Below are positions 18,151-27,273 of a DNA stretch of 56,896 bases, piece by piece (within the stretch, counting starts at the first letter, position 1; every line of letters begins with the position of its first letter). A model generated the notes under the pieces. That model made no database searches, was not told the DNA's origin, and worked only from the letters and a program-made list of their open reading frames with translations. Source of the stretch: an uncultured virus (IMG/VR IMGVR_UViG_3300031669_000004) (lineage: Duplodnaviria > Heunggongvirae > Uroviricota > Caudoviricetes); IMG/VR virus record IMGVR_UViG_3300031669_000004; one strand, written 5' to 3'. The translations under genes were made by a program, and so were the position numbers.

Positions 18151-20367
18151 ATGCTGGTTACAAAAAGAGATGGGACCACCCAACCGTTAGATTTAGATAA
18201 GATTCACGCAGTATTGGAATGGGCGTGTGACGGAGATGCAAAGATGGGCTTGCGCCAAGTAAAGGGCGTAAGCGTATCTCAGATAGAAATGGCAGCTCAG
18301 CCGCACTTCCATAACAAGATAAAAACATCAGATATTCATGCAACTATAATAAAAGCAGCGGCAAGTTTAATAACAGAAGACACACCAAATTATGATCACG
18401 TAGCAGCTAGATTAAGGTGGTTCGATGTTAGAAAGAAAGCATTTCAGGATAATACCCCGCCACATATATTGGAGGTTATTAAAGCAAACATTAAGAGAGG
18501 GGTATATGACGCAGATCTACTTAGCTATTATTCAGTAGAAGAGTGGAATACAATCAATACTTTTATCGACCATAGTAGGGATGACTTGTTCCGCTTTGCA
18601 GGTGCCGAGCAGATGTATCAGAAATACCTGGCCCAAAATAGAAAGACCAAGAGAATATATGAAACCTTTCAATTTCCCTACATCTTAGTTGCAGCTATTT
18701 TGTTTAAAGAGTACCCGAAAGGAATAAGACTGGATTATGTTAGACGATATTACGACCAAGTATCACAGCACTTTATTAGCCTACCTACCCCAATCATGGC
18801 CGGTCTACGCACTAAGACTAAGCAGTTTAGTAGCTGCACTCTTATTGATTCTGGGGATTCCTTAAATAGTATTACCTCAGCAGCAACCGCTATTGTAAAC
18901 TATGCCAGTAATAAGGCTGGTATAGGTATTAATATGGGTCGCATCAGGGCGGTAGGACAACCTGTACGTGGGGGCGACGCAGTTACAACTGGGGTTATCC
19001 CATTTGCCAGACTATTTGCCGCTGCACTAAAGTCCTGTAGTCAGGGTGCAGTACGCGGTGCCAGTGCAACATTTAATTATCCAATTTGGCACTTGGAATT
19101 TGAAAATCTTATTGAACTTAAAAACAACAAAGGTACTAGCGAAACTAGATTACCTGTGGTAGACTACTGTGTTCACTTGAACAAGATGATGTACGAAAGA
19201 TTGCTCTCGAAAGGGAACATAACCTTTTTTACTCCCGATGAAGTCCCAGATCTGTACGAGGCCTTCTACGGCCCAGCAGATATTTTTAAGGTGCTATATG
19301 AGAAATATGAAGCAGATCCAAAGAAAACGAAGAAAGTGTTACCAGCTGTTGAGGTCTTCACAAAACTAGTTTCAGAACGATTTGGCACTGGTCGCATTTA
19401 TATAATGAATGCGGACCATGTCAACACACATAATAGCGTATACGAAAAAGTGTATATGACTAATCTGTGTGTAGAGATAACTCTACCAACGACCCCGATG
19501 GGTTCTATTGAGTCACTCATAGCATTATGCACATTGTCTGCCGCCAACTGGGGTAAAATCCAGACAGAAGCTCAGATGGCAGAGGCATGTGAAATGGCTG
19601 TACGTGGTCTTGACGAACTTCTTGATTATCAAAACTATCCAAACGAAGCAGCGCAAAGACATACGCAACGTTATCGTCCTTTAGGTATCGGTATTATTGG
19701 GCTTGCCCATGATATGGTCAAGAATGGTCAATCTTGGGGAAGTAGTAAGTCTTGGGATTGGATTGAATCCAAGATGGAATCTATGGCATATTTCCTCACT
19801 AAAACTTCAATAACCCTGGCTAAAGAAAAAGGTGCATGTCCAGCCCATACCAAGTATCATGATGGGATATTCCCAATAGATACTGCGGTGGGAGGAACTA
19901 ATCCTAACTATGACTGGGAAGCCCTTAGAGTTGAAGCCAGAGAGTACGGAGTACGTAATGCTACTAACACGGCATTGATGCCTTCTGAAACCTCTAGCCA
20001 ATTAGCTAATGAAACTAATGGTGTTCAACCACCGCGTAGACTTATAACTACTAAAGGTAATAAGGATGCGACCACGGCACAAGTAGTACCTGAGTATACT
20101 AAGTATAATCATGCTTATGAAACGGAGTGGAACATCCCAGTATCTGATTATCTCAACGTTATGGGTAGATTGCAGAAATACGTTGATCAAAGTATATCGG
20201 CTAACGAAAGCTATGATCCTAACAAAGGTGAGGTCAGCGTTAAAGTTCTTCTACAGAATATGTTGCTTGCATACAAATTAGGTATTAAGACTTTATATTA
20301 TTGCAACACTAACACTGACACGGAGGAAGTAGAAGATGGATGCGATGCCGGAGCTTGTAAGATCTAG
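18151..20367 (+). CDS. nrdA: Ribonucleotide reductase class Ia alpha subunit
   Basis: ATP cone VTKRDG, QFSSC, TNLCVEI, MPSETSSQ, KTLYY, C-terminal CxxxxC. Confidence 0.97.
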   Translation: MLVTKRDGTTQPLDLDKIHAVLEWACDGDAKMGLRQVKGVSVSQIEMAAQPHFHNKIKTSDIHATIIKAAASLITEDTPNYDHVAARLRWFDVRKKAFQDNTPPHILEVIKANIKRGVYDADLLSYYSVEEWNTINTFIDHSRDDLFRFAGAEQMYQKYLAQNRKTKRIYETFQFPYILVAAILFKEYPKGIRLDYVRRYYDQVSQHFISLPTPIMAGLRTKTKQFSSCTLIDSGDSLNSITSAATAIVNYASNKAGIGINMGRIRAVGQPVRGGDAVTTGVIPFARLFAAALKSCSQGAVRGASATFNYPIWHLEFENLIELKNNKGTSETRLPVVDYCVHLNKMMYERLLSKGNITFFTPDEVPDLYEAFYGPADIFKVLYEKYEADPKKTKKVLPAVEVFTKLVSERFGTGRIYIMNADHVNTHNSVYEKVYMTNLCVEITLPTTPMGSIESLIALCTLSAANWGKIQTEAQMAEACEMAVRGLDELLDYQNYPNEAAQRHTQRYRPLGIGIIGLAHDMVKNGQSWGSSKSWDWIESKMESMAYFLTKTSITLAKEKGACPAHTKYHDGIFPIDTAVGGTNPNYDWEALRVEAREYGVRNATNTALMPSETSSQLANETNGVQPPRRLITTKGNKDATTAQVVPEYTKYNHAYETEWNIPVSDYLNVMGRLQKYVDQSISANESYDPNKGEVSVKVLLQNMLLAYKLGIKTLYYCNTNTDTEEVEDGCDAGACKI

Positions 20368-20483
20368 TCTCCCTAAGGCGTACAATGGATGTACTTGCCA
20401 TTGTCATAGACAACAAGGAGTGATGCATTTCACTGCTTGTTGTTCTCCTGTAATTAACCCAATATTAGATATGAAGGCTAAAA

Positions 20484-21521
20484 ATGTTATCGACACTGAA
20501 CCTAACAGCGGCCTCTGACCACCTCTTCTTCGGAGAGTCTGGTCACGGGCTTGCTAGATATGATATACCTCGTTATCCCATCTTCAAGAAGATGAATGAT
20601 AAGATGAGGTCTTTGTACTGGAACTTCGAAGAAGTAGATATGTCCCAGGAGAAGGCATCTTTCAATAAAATGACCGATGCTGAGCAATGGGTTTTTACTG
20701 AGAACCTAAAGCGACAAATCCTTTTGGATTCAATTCAAGGTAGAGCTCCAGCTCTGGTATTTCTGCCTCACTGTACTGATTCTAGTCTTGAGAATTGCTT
20801 AACCACTTGGCAGTTCTTTGAGAGTTTACACTCAGAATCATACACGTATATAATCAAGGCCATATATCCAGATCCAACAGTAGTGTATGATGCTATCCCA
20901 TCTATTCGGCCTATAGCTGATTGTGCGATAAGTATATCAACTGTATATGATCATATGATGGCCCACCCCAATAAGGAGAATTTATTCCTTGCATTAATAG
21001 CTGCCAATGCCTTGGAAGCACTAAGATTCTTTGTGTCCTTTGCTTGTACATTCTCTTTTGCAGAGCGTGGTCTAGTAGAGGCTTCGGCAAAGCAGGTGAA
21101 GTTTATAGCTAGGGATGAGACCCAGCATCTGGCTCTAGTTCAACACCTTCTGAAAGCACTTCTAAAAGATGATCCTGAATTTGTAGAAATAATGGGGGAT
21201 CTGCGGCCGCAAGCTATACAGCTGTTCGATGAGACTGCGGAGCAAGAGAAGCAATGGTGCCCTTATATATTCCAGCATGGATCTGTACTTGGCCTCAATG
21301 AGAAGATACTATCAGATTATATAGATTATTTATTACCACGTCGAAAAGCCGCAGCAGGACTGACGACCACAACTAGGTTTGAAAGAACCAATCCTATACC
21401 TTGGATTGATAAATGGTTATCGGATAGTAGTTATCAGCCGGCACCACAGGAAGTAGAAGGAACGGCATACTTAACTTCTTCCTTGAAGAATGATGTATCG
21501 GAGTTAAACTTCGAACTTTAA
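20484..21521 (+). CDS. nrdB: Ribonucleotide reductase class Ia beta subunit
   Basis: LDSIQGR, ESLHSESY, EALRFFVSFAC, RDETQH, APQE. Confidence 0.95.
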   Translation: MLSTLNLTAASDHLFFGESGHGLARYDIPRYPIFKKMNDKMRSLYWNFEEVDMSQEKASFNKMTDAEQWVFTENLKRQILLDSIQGRAPALVFLPHCTDSSLENCLTTWQFFESLHSESYTYIIKAIYPDPTVVYDAIPSIRPIADCAISISTVYDHMMAHPNKENLFLALIAANALEALRFFVSFACTFSFAERGLVEASAKQVKFIARDETQHLALVQHLLKALLKDDPEFVEIMGDLRPQAIQLFDETAEQEKQWCPYIFQHGSVLGLNEKILSDYIDYLLPRRKAAAGLTTTTRFERTNPIPWIDKWLSDSSYQPAPQEVEGTAYLTSSLKNDVSELNFEL

Positions 21522-21593
21522 GGATTTGAAGGTATAAGGAGTTGTGAAGAGGAGTTAGCTTTTAACTCCTTTTTTTATTTGAAAGGAATTATT

Positions 21594-22493
21594 ATGGCTG
21601 TACCACGCAACTTAGTATCAATAGCACCAAGGCCACTAGGATTTAACGTGACCCCACCAAATAATGGAATATACTGGGGGCCAGATACCCCTACGCCTAT
21701 GGTTAACACGTTTATGGGGCAACCAATAACCGCACAACAGATGAGCGATCTAATGAGACAACACCCAGAGTATTTTCACATGCACCAGACCGCTCCGTTA
21801 CCGGGAAGGGCAACGCTAAATACTACTGCTAATCTAGACCGATCACCTTGGACCATACCACCAGAAGCTAGATCACGTAACATTATATTGTGGTCACGCA
21901 ATGATGCTAAAACTTCTAGGCATCCTAGAGCTAGAACTAATTTAATACATAGCTCCAAAGTAAAACATAATGTACTAAATAACTTCAATACGTTACATGA
22001 AGAGTACCCCCGTAGAAGTTATCTTAGACCAATAGGTGGGATGCATAGACCAAATGACCCAGTAGAATTGACTACATTTGTTCATGACACGGTTTTTGTC
22101 TTTGAACGGGGACACCAAGGCACTCAACATTTATATATAATGGGCCAACCGGCACTAACGCTTATGAGTGTATACTTACCCTATCACCCATCAGGAGATG
22201 TATTAGAATATCACTTAGCTGAGATACGATCCACTAGTACACCACGTTCTGAAAAGTACAAGCGATTATTTTTACGGCATTTAGGCTTTGATTGTACTTT
22301 ATATCGTGGTAAACTCAGTATCCTTATTCCCGGTATGGATAGGTTAATTATTGAAAATGGAAAGGGATATAGATTTGCTCTGCCAACCTCAATTCCAACA
22401 GATCCTTTTGATAGAGGATATATGGTGTCAACCACAATGGCTACAATGGCCACAAACTCAGCATCAAGAATAGGAACGATATTATTAAAATGA
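21594..22493 (+). CDS. Hypothetical protein
   Basis: AAAGGA RBS; AGGTATAAG promoter variant at 21530. Confidence 0.65.
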   Translation: MAVPRNLVSIAPRPLGFNVTPPNNGIYWGPDTPTPMVNTFMGQPITAQQMSDLMRQHPEYFHMHQTAPLPGRATLNTTANLDRSPWTIPPEARSRNIILWSRNDAKTSRHPRARTNLIHSSKVKHNVLNNFNTLHEEYPRRSYLRPIGGMHRPNDPVELTTFVHDTVFVFERGHQGTQHLYIMGQPALTLMSVYLPYHPSGDVLEYHLAEIRSTSTPRSEKYKRLFLRHLGFDCTLYRGKLSILIPGMDRLIIENGKGYRFALPTSIPTDPFDRGYMVSTTMATMATNSASRIGTILLK

Positions 22494-23128
22494 AGCAATA
22501 TCAAATAGAAGCATTAAAAACAAAACCAGAATCCGCCGCACTATACGAAGATGCACAACATGCCGGATTCGGCCTAATAACTGAAGTAGGTGAACTGGTC
22601 GATACTTATAAAAGAAATAGGTTTTATAAGAAGGATTTAGATGTAAAGAATCTTATTGAGGAGTCTGGGGATGTGTTGTGGTATATAGCTATAGGGTATC
22701 ATTCCTTACAGTTGGACATGCCGGATGTACCTCCTCTACCCACATTTATAAATCCTGCGCTTGGGCAACTGACGTTGGACAAACTATTAGCCAAGTTAGC
22801 CCATCATGCAGCCAACTTCTTCTCTATAACGTTGATGTATCCTGAAAGTTGGCAGGAGGAGCAATTAGATTATGATCTCAATAGATTATACTATTATATG
22901 TCCTTATTCACCAAGCAAGAACTAGGGGTAGATATAGAGGATGCGGCAGTAGCCAATATAGAGAAATTAGCCAAGCGCTACCCAGGTAAGGTCTTCTCTA
23001 TAGAAAAGGCGTTAACAAGAGATACTGAGAATGAACTTAGTCATATTGAGATAAAGGAGAAAATAGATGAATCTGGAGAGAGAACTAGTAACGATACGGA
23101 AAGTGTCGAAGATAGAGCCGATAGCTAA
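22490..23128 (+). CDS. MazG-like nucleoside triphosphate pyrophosphohydrolase
   Basis: GLITEVGE, EESGDVLWY, NIEKLAKRYP. Confidence 0.85.
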   Translation: MKQYQIEALKTKPESAALYEDAQHAGFGLITEVGELVDTYKRNRFYKKDLDVKNLIEESGDVLWYIAIGYHSLQLDMPDVPPLPTFINPALGQLTLDKLLAKLAHHAANFFSITLMYPESWQEEQLDYDLNRLYYYMSLFTKQELGVDIEDAAVANIEKLAKRYPGKVFSIEKALTRDTENELSHIEIKEKIDESGERTSNDTESVEDRADS

Positions 23129-24194
23129 TGCGGATAATATCGAGCTAGCCATAGTAGATGGTTGGCAATGTGTGGTAAAGAAGGGTGAATTCCAAGTTGG
23201 TGACGAAGGTATTTATTTTGAGATAGATAGTTTCATACCATTTAAGGATCCCATCTTCGAATTCTTGAGAAAGAATGCCATAACCTGGCGTGGGGTAGAA
23301 GGGGTTAGAATTAAGACTATTAAGTTACGTGGCCAGATTAGCCAAGGGCTGCTTCTACCTATTACCTGTATACCTCCTACTACTCGCAGAGATCCAGAGT
23401 CCTTAGCCTGGTATTTTGGGGTGGAAAAATGGGAGAGAGATGGGCCTATTCAAGAAATCAGGTATGACTCATGGATAGATAACATCATACGTTTCTTTAC
23501 TCCTAATAAGTATAGACCAGCCGTATTCAAGTTTATATATGGATTTATACTACCACCTAAGAAGTTGAAGGCAAAAGGATCTTTCCCAGATTTTATACCT
23601 AAGACTGACGAGGAACGTATTCAAAACATAATCAATAAGAAACTTGGTTGTGAAGATGAGTACGAGGTAACTGGTAAACTAAATGGATCCTCTATGACTG
23701 TGTATGTTAAAGATGGAAGATTTGGCTTCTGCTCCCGCAATGTTAAGTTGGGGTTAGAAGGTGGATCCAGATTTGCCGAGGTAGTGAAGAAATATAGTCT
23801 GCACGAAGTATTGCCAAAATTTCTTATAGATAGAAATATAGCTATACAGGGTGAGTTGTGTGGTCCAGGTATCCAAGCTAATTATGAGGAGCTATACGAA
23901 TTAGAATTTTTCGTATTTAGAATCTATGATATAGATGCTAAGCGCTATTACAACCCAGAAGAAAAACATAAGTTTTTAAGAGAATTGTGGGAGTATGGAA
24001 TCCATCTTTATTCTGTACCATTGGTAGGCAGGTACATGTTATCTAAGTTTGCTAATATCCAAGATTATCTAGACTTTGCAGAGGGCCCCTCCATAAATGT
24101 TAAGAAGCGTGAAGGGGTTGTGTTCCAACGTATTGATGGTGGCGATAGCTTCAAGGTTATCGCTAATTCATATTTATTAAAAGGAGGAGATTAA
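23067..24194 (+). CDS. ATP-dependent RNA ligase, DRB0094 family
   Basis: N-terminal IEPIANADNIELA..DGWQCVVKKG domain; KLNGSS, QGELCG, REGVV, SFKVI. Confidence 0.9.
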   Translation: MNLERELVTIRKVSKIEPIANADNIELAIVDGWQCVVKKGEFQVGDEGIYFEIDSFIPFKDPIFEFLRKNAITWRGVEGVRIKTIKLRGQISQGLLLPITCIPPTTRRDPESLAWYFGVEKWERDGPIQEIRYDSWIDNIIRFFTPNKYRPAVFKFIYGFILPPKKLKAKGSFPDFIPKTDEERIQNIINKKLGCEDEYEVTGKLNGSSMTVYVKDGRFGFCSRNVKLGLEGGSRFAEVVKKYSLHEVLPKFLIDRNIAIQGELCGPGIQANYEELYELEFFVFRIYDIDAKRYYNPEEKHKFLRELWEYGIHLYSVPLVGRYMLSKFANIQDYLDFAEGPSINVKKREGVVFQRIDGGDSFKVIANSYLLKGGD

Positions 24195-24395
24195 ATGAAG
24201 TATCTGCAGTTAGACAAACACCTTATCCCAACCATACTAATTAAAAGGATAGAGCAACGTGAGGAGGATGGGGTGGATAATGGAGCACCAATCGTATGGC
24301 TCTTAACCGTGATTCATTTCCGTGATGGAACTGAGTTACTAGTCGATGAGGAATTTGAGGATGTCTGCGATTTACTCAATCCTATAGGTAGGTGA
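24195..24395 (+). CDS. Hypothetical protein
   Basis: GGAGGAG RBS. Confidence 0.65.
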   Translation: MKYLQLDKHLIPTILIKRIEQREEDGVDNGAPIVWLLTVIHFRDGTELLVDEEFEDVCDLLNPIGR

Positions 24396-24400
24396 TTTCT

Positions 24401-24409
24401 TGGTATAAG
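24401..24409 (+). promoter_or_regulatory. Phage promoter motif TGGTATAAG (start of RNA-gene cluster)
   Basis: Exact copy. Confidence 0.7.
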
Positions 24410-24435
24410 TATTATGTAAGAGTCTTAATGTTTAT

Positions 24436-24513
24436 AGGCCAGTATCACAACCGCCTTCTAAGCGGTAGCCGTGTAATGGACCAATGCAGGTTCGAGTCCT
24501 GTCTGGCCTACCA
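24436..24513 (+). tRNA. Atypical tRNA-Arg(UCU): no D-arm, 19-nt extra region
   Basis: AGGCCAG/CTGGCCT acceptor, ACCGC-CTTCTAA-GCGGT, GCAGG-TTCGAGT-CCTGT, ACCA. Confidence 0.75.
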
Positions 24514-24533
24514 TTAATAACGAGGAGGCTATA

Positions 24534-24746
24534 ATGAACCAATGTACAGTAAGTGCACATTTCAATAACGTAGCAGACTTCGTTAAAGAATGTGATGAGA
24601 ATCATATGAGATTGCAGGAAGAGACCGACGATAAAGTGATAGCTCTCTACGGGGATGAGTATATGGGGTACTTCAACCATTCAACCTCTAAGGGATTTCT
24701 ATTGTTGGAATCCATGGCAGTTCAACCACAATCAATGTTGCATTAA
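24534..24746 (+). CDS. Hypothetical protein
   Basis: GAGGAGG RBS. Confidence 0.65.
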   Translation: MNQCTVSAHFNNVADFVKECDENHMRLQEETDDKVIALYGDEYMGYFNHSTSKGFLLLESMAVQPQSMLH

Positions 24747-24748
24747 CC

Positions 24749-24875
24749 ATAAGCCAGCCAAAGTAGGTGCCTCTCCAAGCCAGTAATTCCTAACAAGAGA
24801 TATTCGAGTTCTGCAGAACGTCGATATTGAGTAAGGGATGAATACGAGGTCAGGTGCCTTCTTTGGCTGGTTTAT
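24749..24875 (+). ncRNA. Candidate rod-shaped ncRNA with internal bubbles
   Basis: 15-bp terminal stem (one G-U), further AGGTGCCT stem with G-U pairs, apical hairpin. Confidence 0.5.
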
Positions 24876-24898
24876 TTACACAACAAAAGAAAGGTAGT

Positions 24899-25146
24899 AG
24901 AGATTGGTACGGGGGCGTACGATACTGTTAGTAACGCAGTAACTTTCACTGCTGCAAGTGGCGTAGTAGCCCTTGACTTCGCTAATCAATCCGTCTAAAA
25001 TAGGTAATGTAAGAATTCCTCAGTGTTTGCGACTAGGAAATGTATACGCCATGTGAATATCGGAGGAATGAAACCGGGGAAACCTAGGTGTCGGCCGTAA
25101 AGCTAAAAGAGCAATTCCCAAGCCCAGGTTGTAAGGGTGCCCGTAT
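24899..25146 (+). ncRNA. Candidate structured RNA(s) of unknown class
   Basis: GATTGGT/ATCAATC closing stem with inner hairpins; ATTCCTC/GAGGAAT stem; no ATG ORF. Confidence 0.3.
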
Positions 25147-25149
25147 ATA

Positions 25150-25555
25150 AATGGTTGTGGGAAGTGTAGTGCTTCCAAATTCAATTAAGAAAGTTATCCA
25201 ACACGGCAGTTCGATTCTGCCCACCTCCACCAAAAATAACCTAGGCTTTATCAGCGCCAAAGTGTTAACGAAATAGATCTTCTTCATTAAACGACGTGGA
25301 TATAAGTTAGTGATCTAGATGTAAATCTAGGTTATTTCTGATGGGGGTGACATGGCTTCGACTGGGTGATAAATATTAGGAGATGACAACTCGGTAAAGT
25401 ATAGAGAGCCGTATAAATCTATATGCAGCATGTAAATGCAAACGATGCACATGGAGCGCAAGCTCTGGCAGCCTAGGGCTACCTGAACAGGCCACTAGTT
25501 TATTAAACAAGTGTGGATAGAAGAGGCCCGGTGATAACGATCCGGGTCTTTTTGA
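25150..25555 (+). ncRNA. ssrA: Circularly permuted (two-piece) tmRNA
   Basis: Acceptor piece ending T-arm + CACCTCC-ACCA (25232) precedes coding piece starting GGGGGTG (25343); G3-U70; tag ANDAHGAQALAA* at 25438-25476; terminator 25520-25554; 5' boundary approximate. Confidence 0.92.
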
Positions 25556-25617
25556 TTATGGCCCTATAACAAGGACTTTAATCAAAAAGGGATTTACTTA
25601 ACAACAAGGGGAATAAT

Positions 25618-26139
25618 ATGTTTATGACGCTAGATTCACTGTTTTTGGGTAAGATGCAAAAAATATGTGACTATTTGCACGATAACCTAGGTATATCGAA
25701 ATTCAAGCTTTACCGCCTATTTATCATGAGTAGTATTTCAGGGTACCTACTCTGTTTTTGCATAGAAAGATCAATACCTTATTTCTTATTTCTATTAATA
25801 ACTTCCTACTCAGGTATATCATTGATTAGGATGAGCCTTGATGAAGAGGCATACTTCCTGGAGTATAACGAGGTTTTCCAATCATTCTGGAACACTAAAA
25901 GAGGTATGAGGATGCTTGGTTTTTTCTGGGCCCTGGGACTTATGGTAATATCTTTCAAGACTGACGATTTGATATTGAAGATAATAGACGTAAGCATGAT
26001 TTCTAATACTCTATGGATGTACGTCGAAGGATGTTTGCCAAAACCACCTAGTAAGAGCAAATTCAAAGAAAAGTACGAGAACTTCAAAACCAAGCTTGGG
26101 GAAATACTGGAGCCAACAGCCCAGCCATCACCAGGGTAA
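25618..26139 (+). CDS. Hypothetical multi-pass membrane protein
   Basis: Several hydrophobic segments; AAGGGG RBS. Confidence 0.7.
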   Translation: MFMTLDSLFLGKMQKICDYLHDNLGISKFKLYRLFIMSSISGYLLCFCIERSIPYFLFLLITSYSGISLIRMSLDEEAYFLEYNEVFQSFWNTKRGMRMLGFFWALGLMVISFKTDDLILKIIDVSMISNTLWMYVEGCLPKPPSKSKFKEKYENFKTKLGEILEPTAQPSPG

Positions 26140-26149
26140 AGAGCATCAG

Positions 26150-26734
26150 GCTAACTAGGTAACCTTATAGCATAGGAGTGATGTCCCTGTGCCGTTAAAA
26201 TGGACTAGGCCCATGCACAACCAGGCTATACCAATGCCTGGATTTCAGCGCCGCGAAAATCCATTCCTAGCTGTATCACTCTATTATTTAACAGGAGATC
26301 CTGCCAGGAAGAAGACCTAGCTTAGTTAAGCATATTTGATAGAATTATATAGATGAGATTAGAGATTAGAAATACTTTGAGTGTTGTAAGGTAGTTGTTT
26401 CAAAGGGATTCACTTACCTCCGGATCACTAGAGTCATATCTAGAGATTTTAGTAAAAAAGTTGACAACTGGAATAGACAGAGTAGGGGAACCAAGGTGAG
26501 AGAAAGCCTGGTTCCCTGATCACCCATATTTAATTCTCAGCTCAACCTAGGAAAAGGGCTGCGACAATTTGAGGGTTAAGGGAGACATCCTCCGGCCTTA
26601 ATTCGGTCACGTCACAATGTATGATACAACGCATTGGATTAACTCCGACTACGTGCGGCTGCACAATTCCACGTAGAAACTAACACCGACCTGCCATGCC
26701 TCTCAACGATGCACACTTTGGCAGGTTTTTTTTT
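26150..26734 (+). ncRNA. Large structured non-coding region (one or several ncRNAs)
   Basis: ~585 nt with no ORF in the track and many stems; ends in ACCTGCCA/TGGCAGGT + T-run just before a tRNA. Confidence 0.55.
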
Positions 26735-26736
26735 CA

Positions 26737-26813
26737 GGGTCTGTAGCTCAGTTGGTCAGAGCAGAGGACTCATAATCCTTTGGTCGTTGGTTCGAACCCA
26801 ACCAGACCCACCA
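26737..26813 (+). tRNA. tRNA(CAU), probably Ile2 (lysidine type)
   Basis: Cloverleaf, loop CTCATAA, CCA; resembles bacterial Ile2 rather than Met. Confidence 0.85.
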
Positions 26814-26832
26814 AATAACAAGAAAGATTCAC

Positions 26833-27078
26833 ATGGAAGAAACCGATTCAGAGTGCATATGTAAGATGAACTGGAGAAACATAATAAAGAAGTCTACTCC
26901 CTTCTTCAATAGAAAATATTTGGATAGGGATGGGGAAGAGCAAGTCTTCGTAGGAGTAGTTCATGCAGAGGATGACTACTATTACTTAATGTGGAATATA
27001 CCTTCAGGCAAATCTAACTTATTATCTTGTGTGGGAGATATAGAAGGATTTGGGTATACTTTAGTCGAAGAAGTTTAA
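26833..27078 (+). CDS. Hypothetical protein
   Basis: ORF directly after tRNA. Confidence 0.6.
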   Translation: MEETDSECICKMNWRNIIKKSTPFFNRKYLDRDGEEQVFVGVVHAEDDYYYLMWNIPSGKSNLLSCVGDIEGFGYTLVEEV

Positions 27079-27096
27079 TCAACGAAGGAGAGCATA

Positions 27097-27273
27097 ATGG
27101 CAGCAACGAAGTTTGGTGTACACTGTAATAAGCACGGTATGCAAGATTCCAAGAAAGGTTACAAGATCGTTTTTGTAGCCAGACCAACAACCAAGAACAA
27201 ACGTCGTGATGGTGGATGCCCTATGTGTAAGGCAGAAGGCCATACCTCTTCATGGATGGGAGGTGGACAATGA
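27097..27273 (+). CDS. Small basic Cys/His (Zn-binding?) protein, 58 aa
   Basis: AAGGAG RBS; CNKH...CPMC; below ORF-track cutoff. Confidence 0.6.
   Translation: MAATKFGVHCNKHGMQDSKKGYKIVFVARPTTKNKRRDGGCPMCKAEGHTSSWMGGGQ

Noticed and set aside
24450..24466. Amber suppressor tRNA (CUA) and TAG recoding
   Set aside because: The stem ACCGC/GCGGT fixes the loop as CTTCTAA (anticodon UCU); the CUA register does not pair. Long genes read intact in the standard code and several end in TAG.
24995..25146. RNase P RNA or a second group I intron
   Set aside because: There is superficial GGGGAAACC...GCAAT similarity, but no GAGGAAAGUCC P4 strand, no R/S (P7) elements and no exons.
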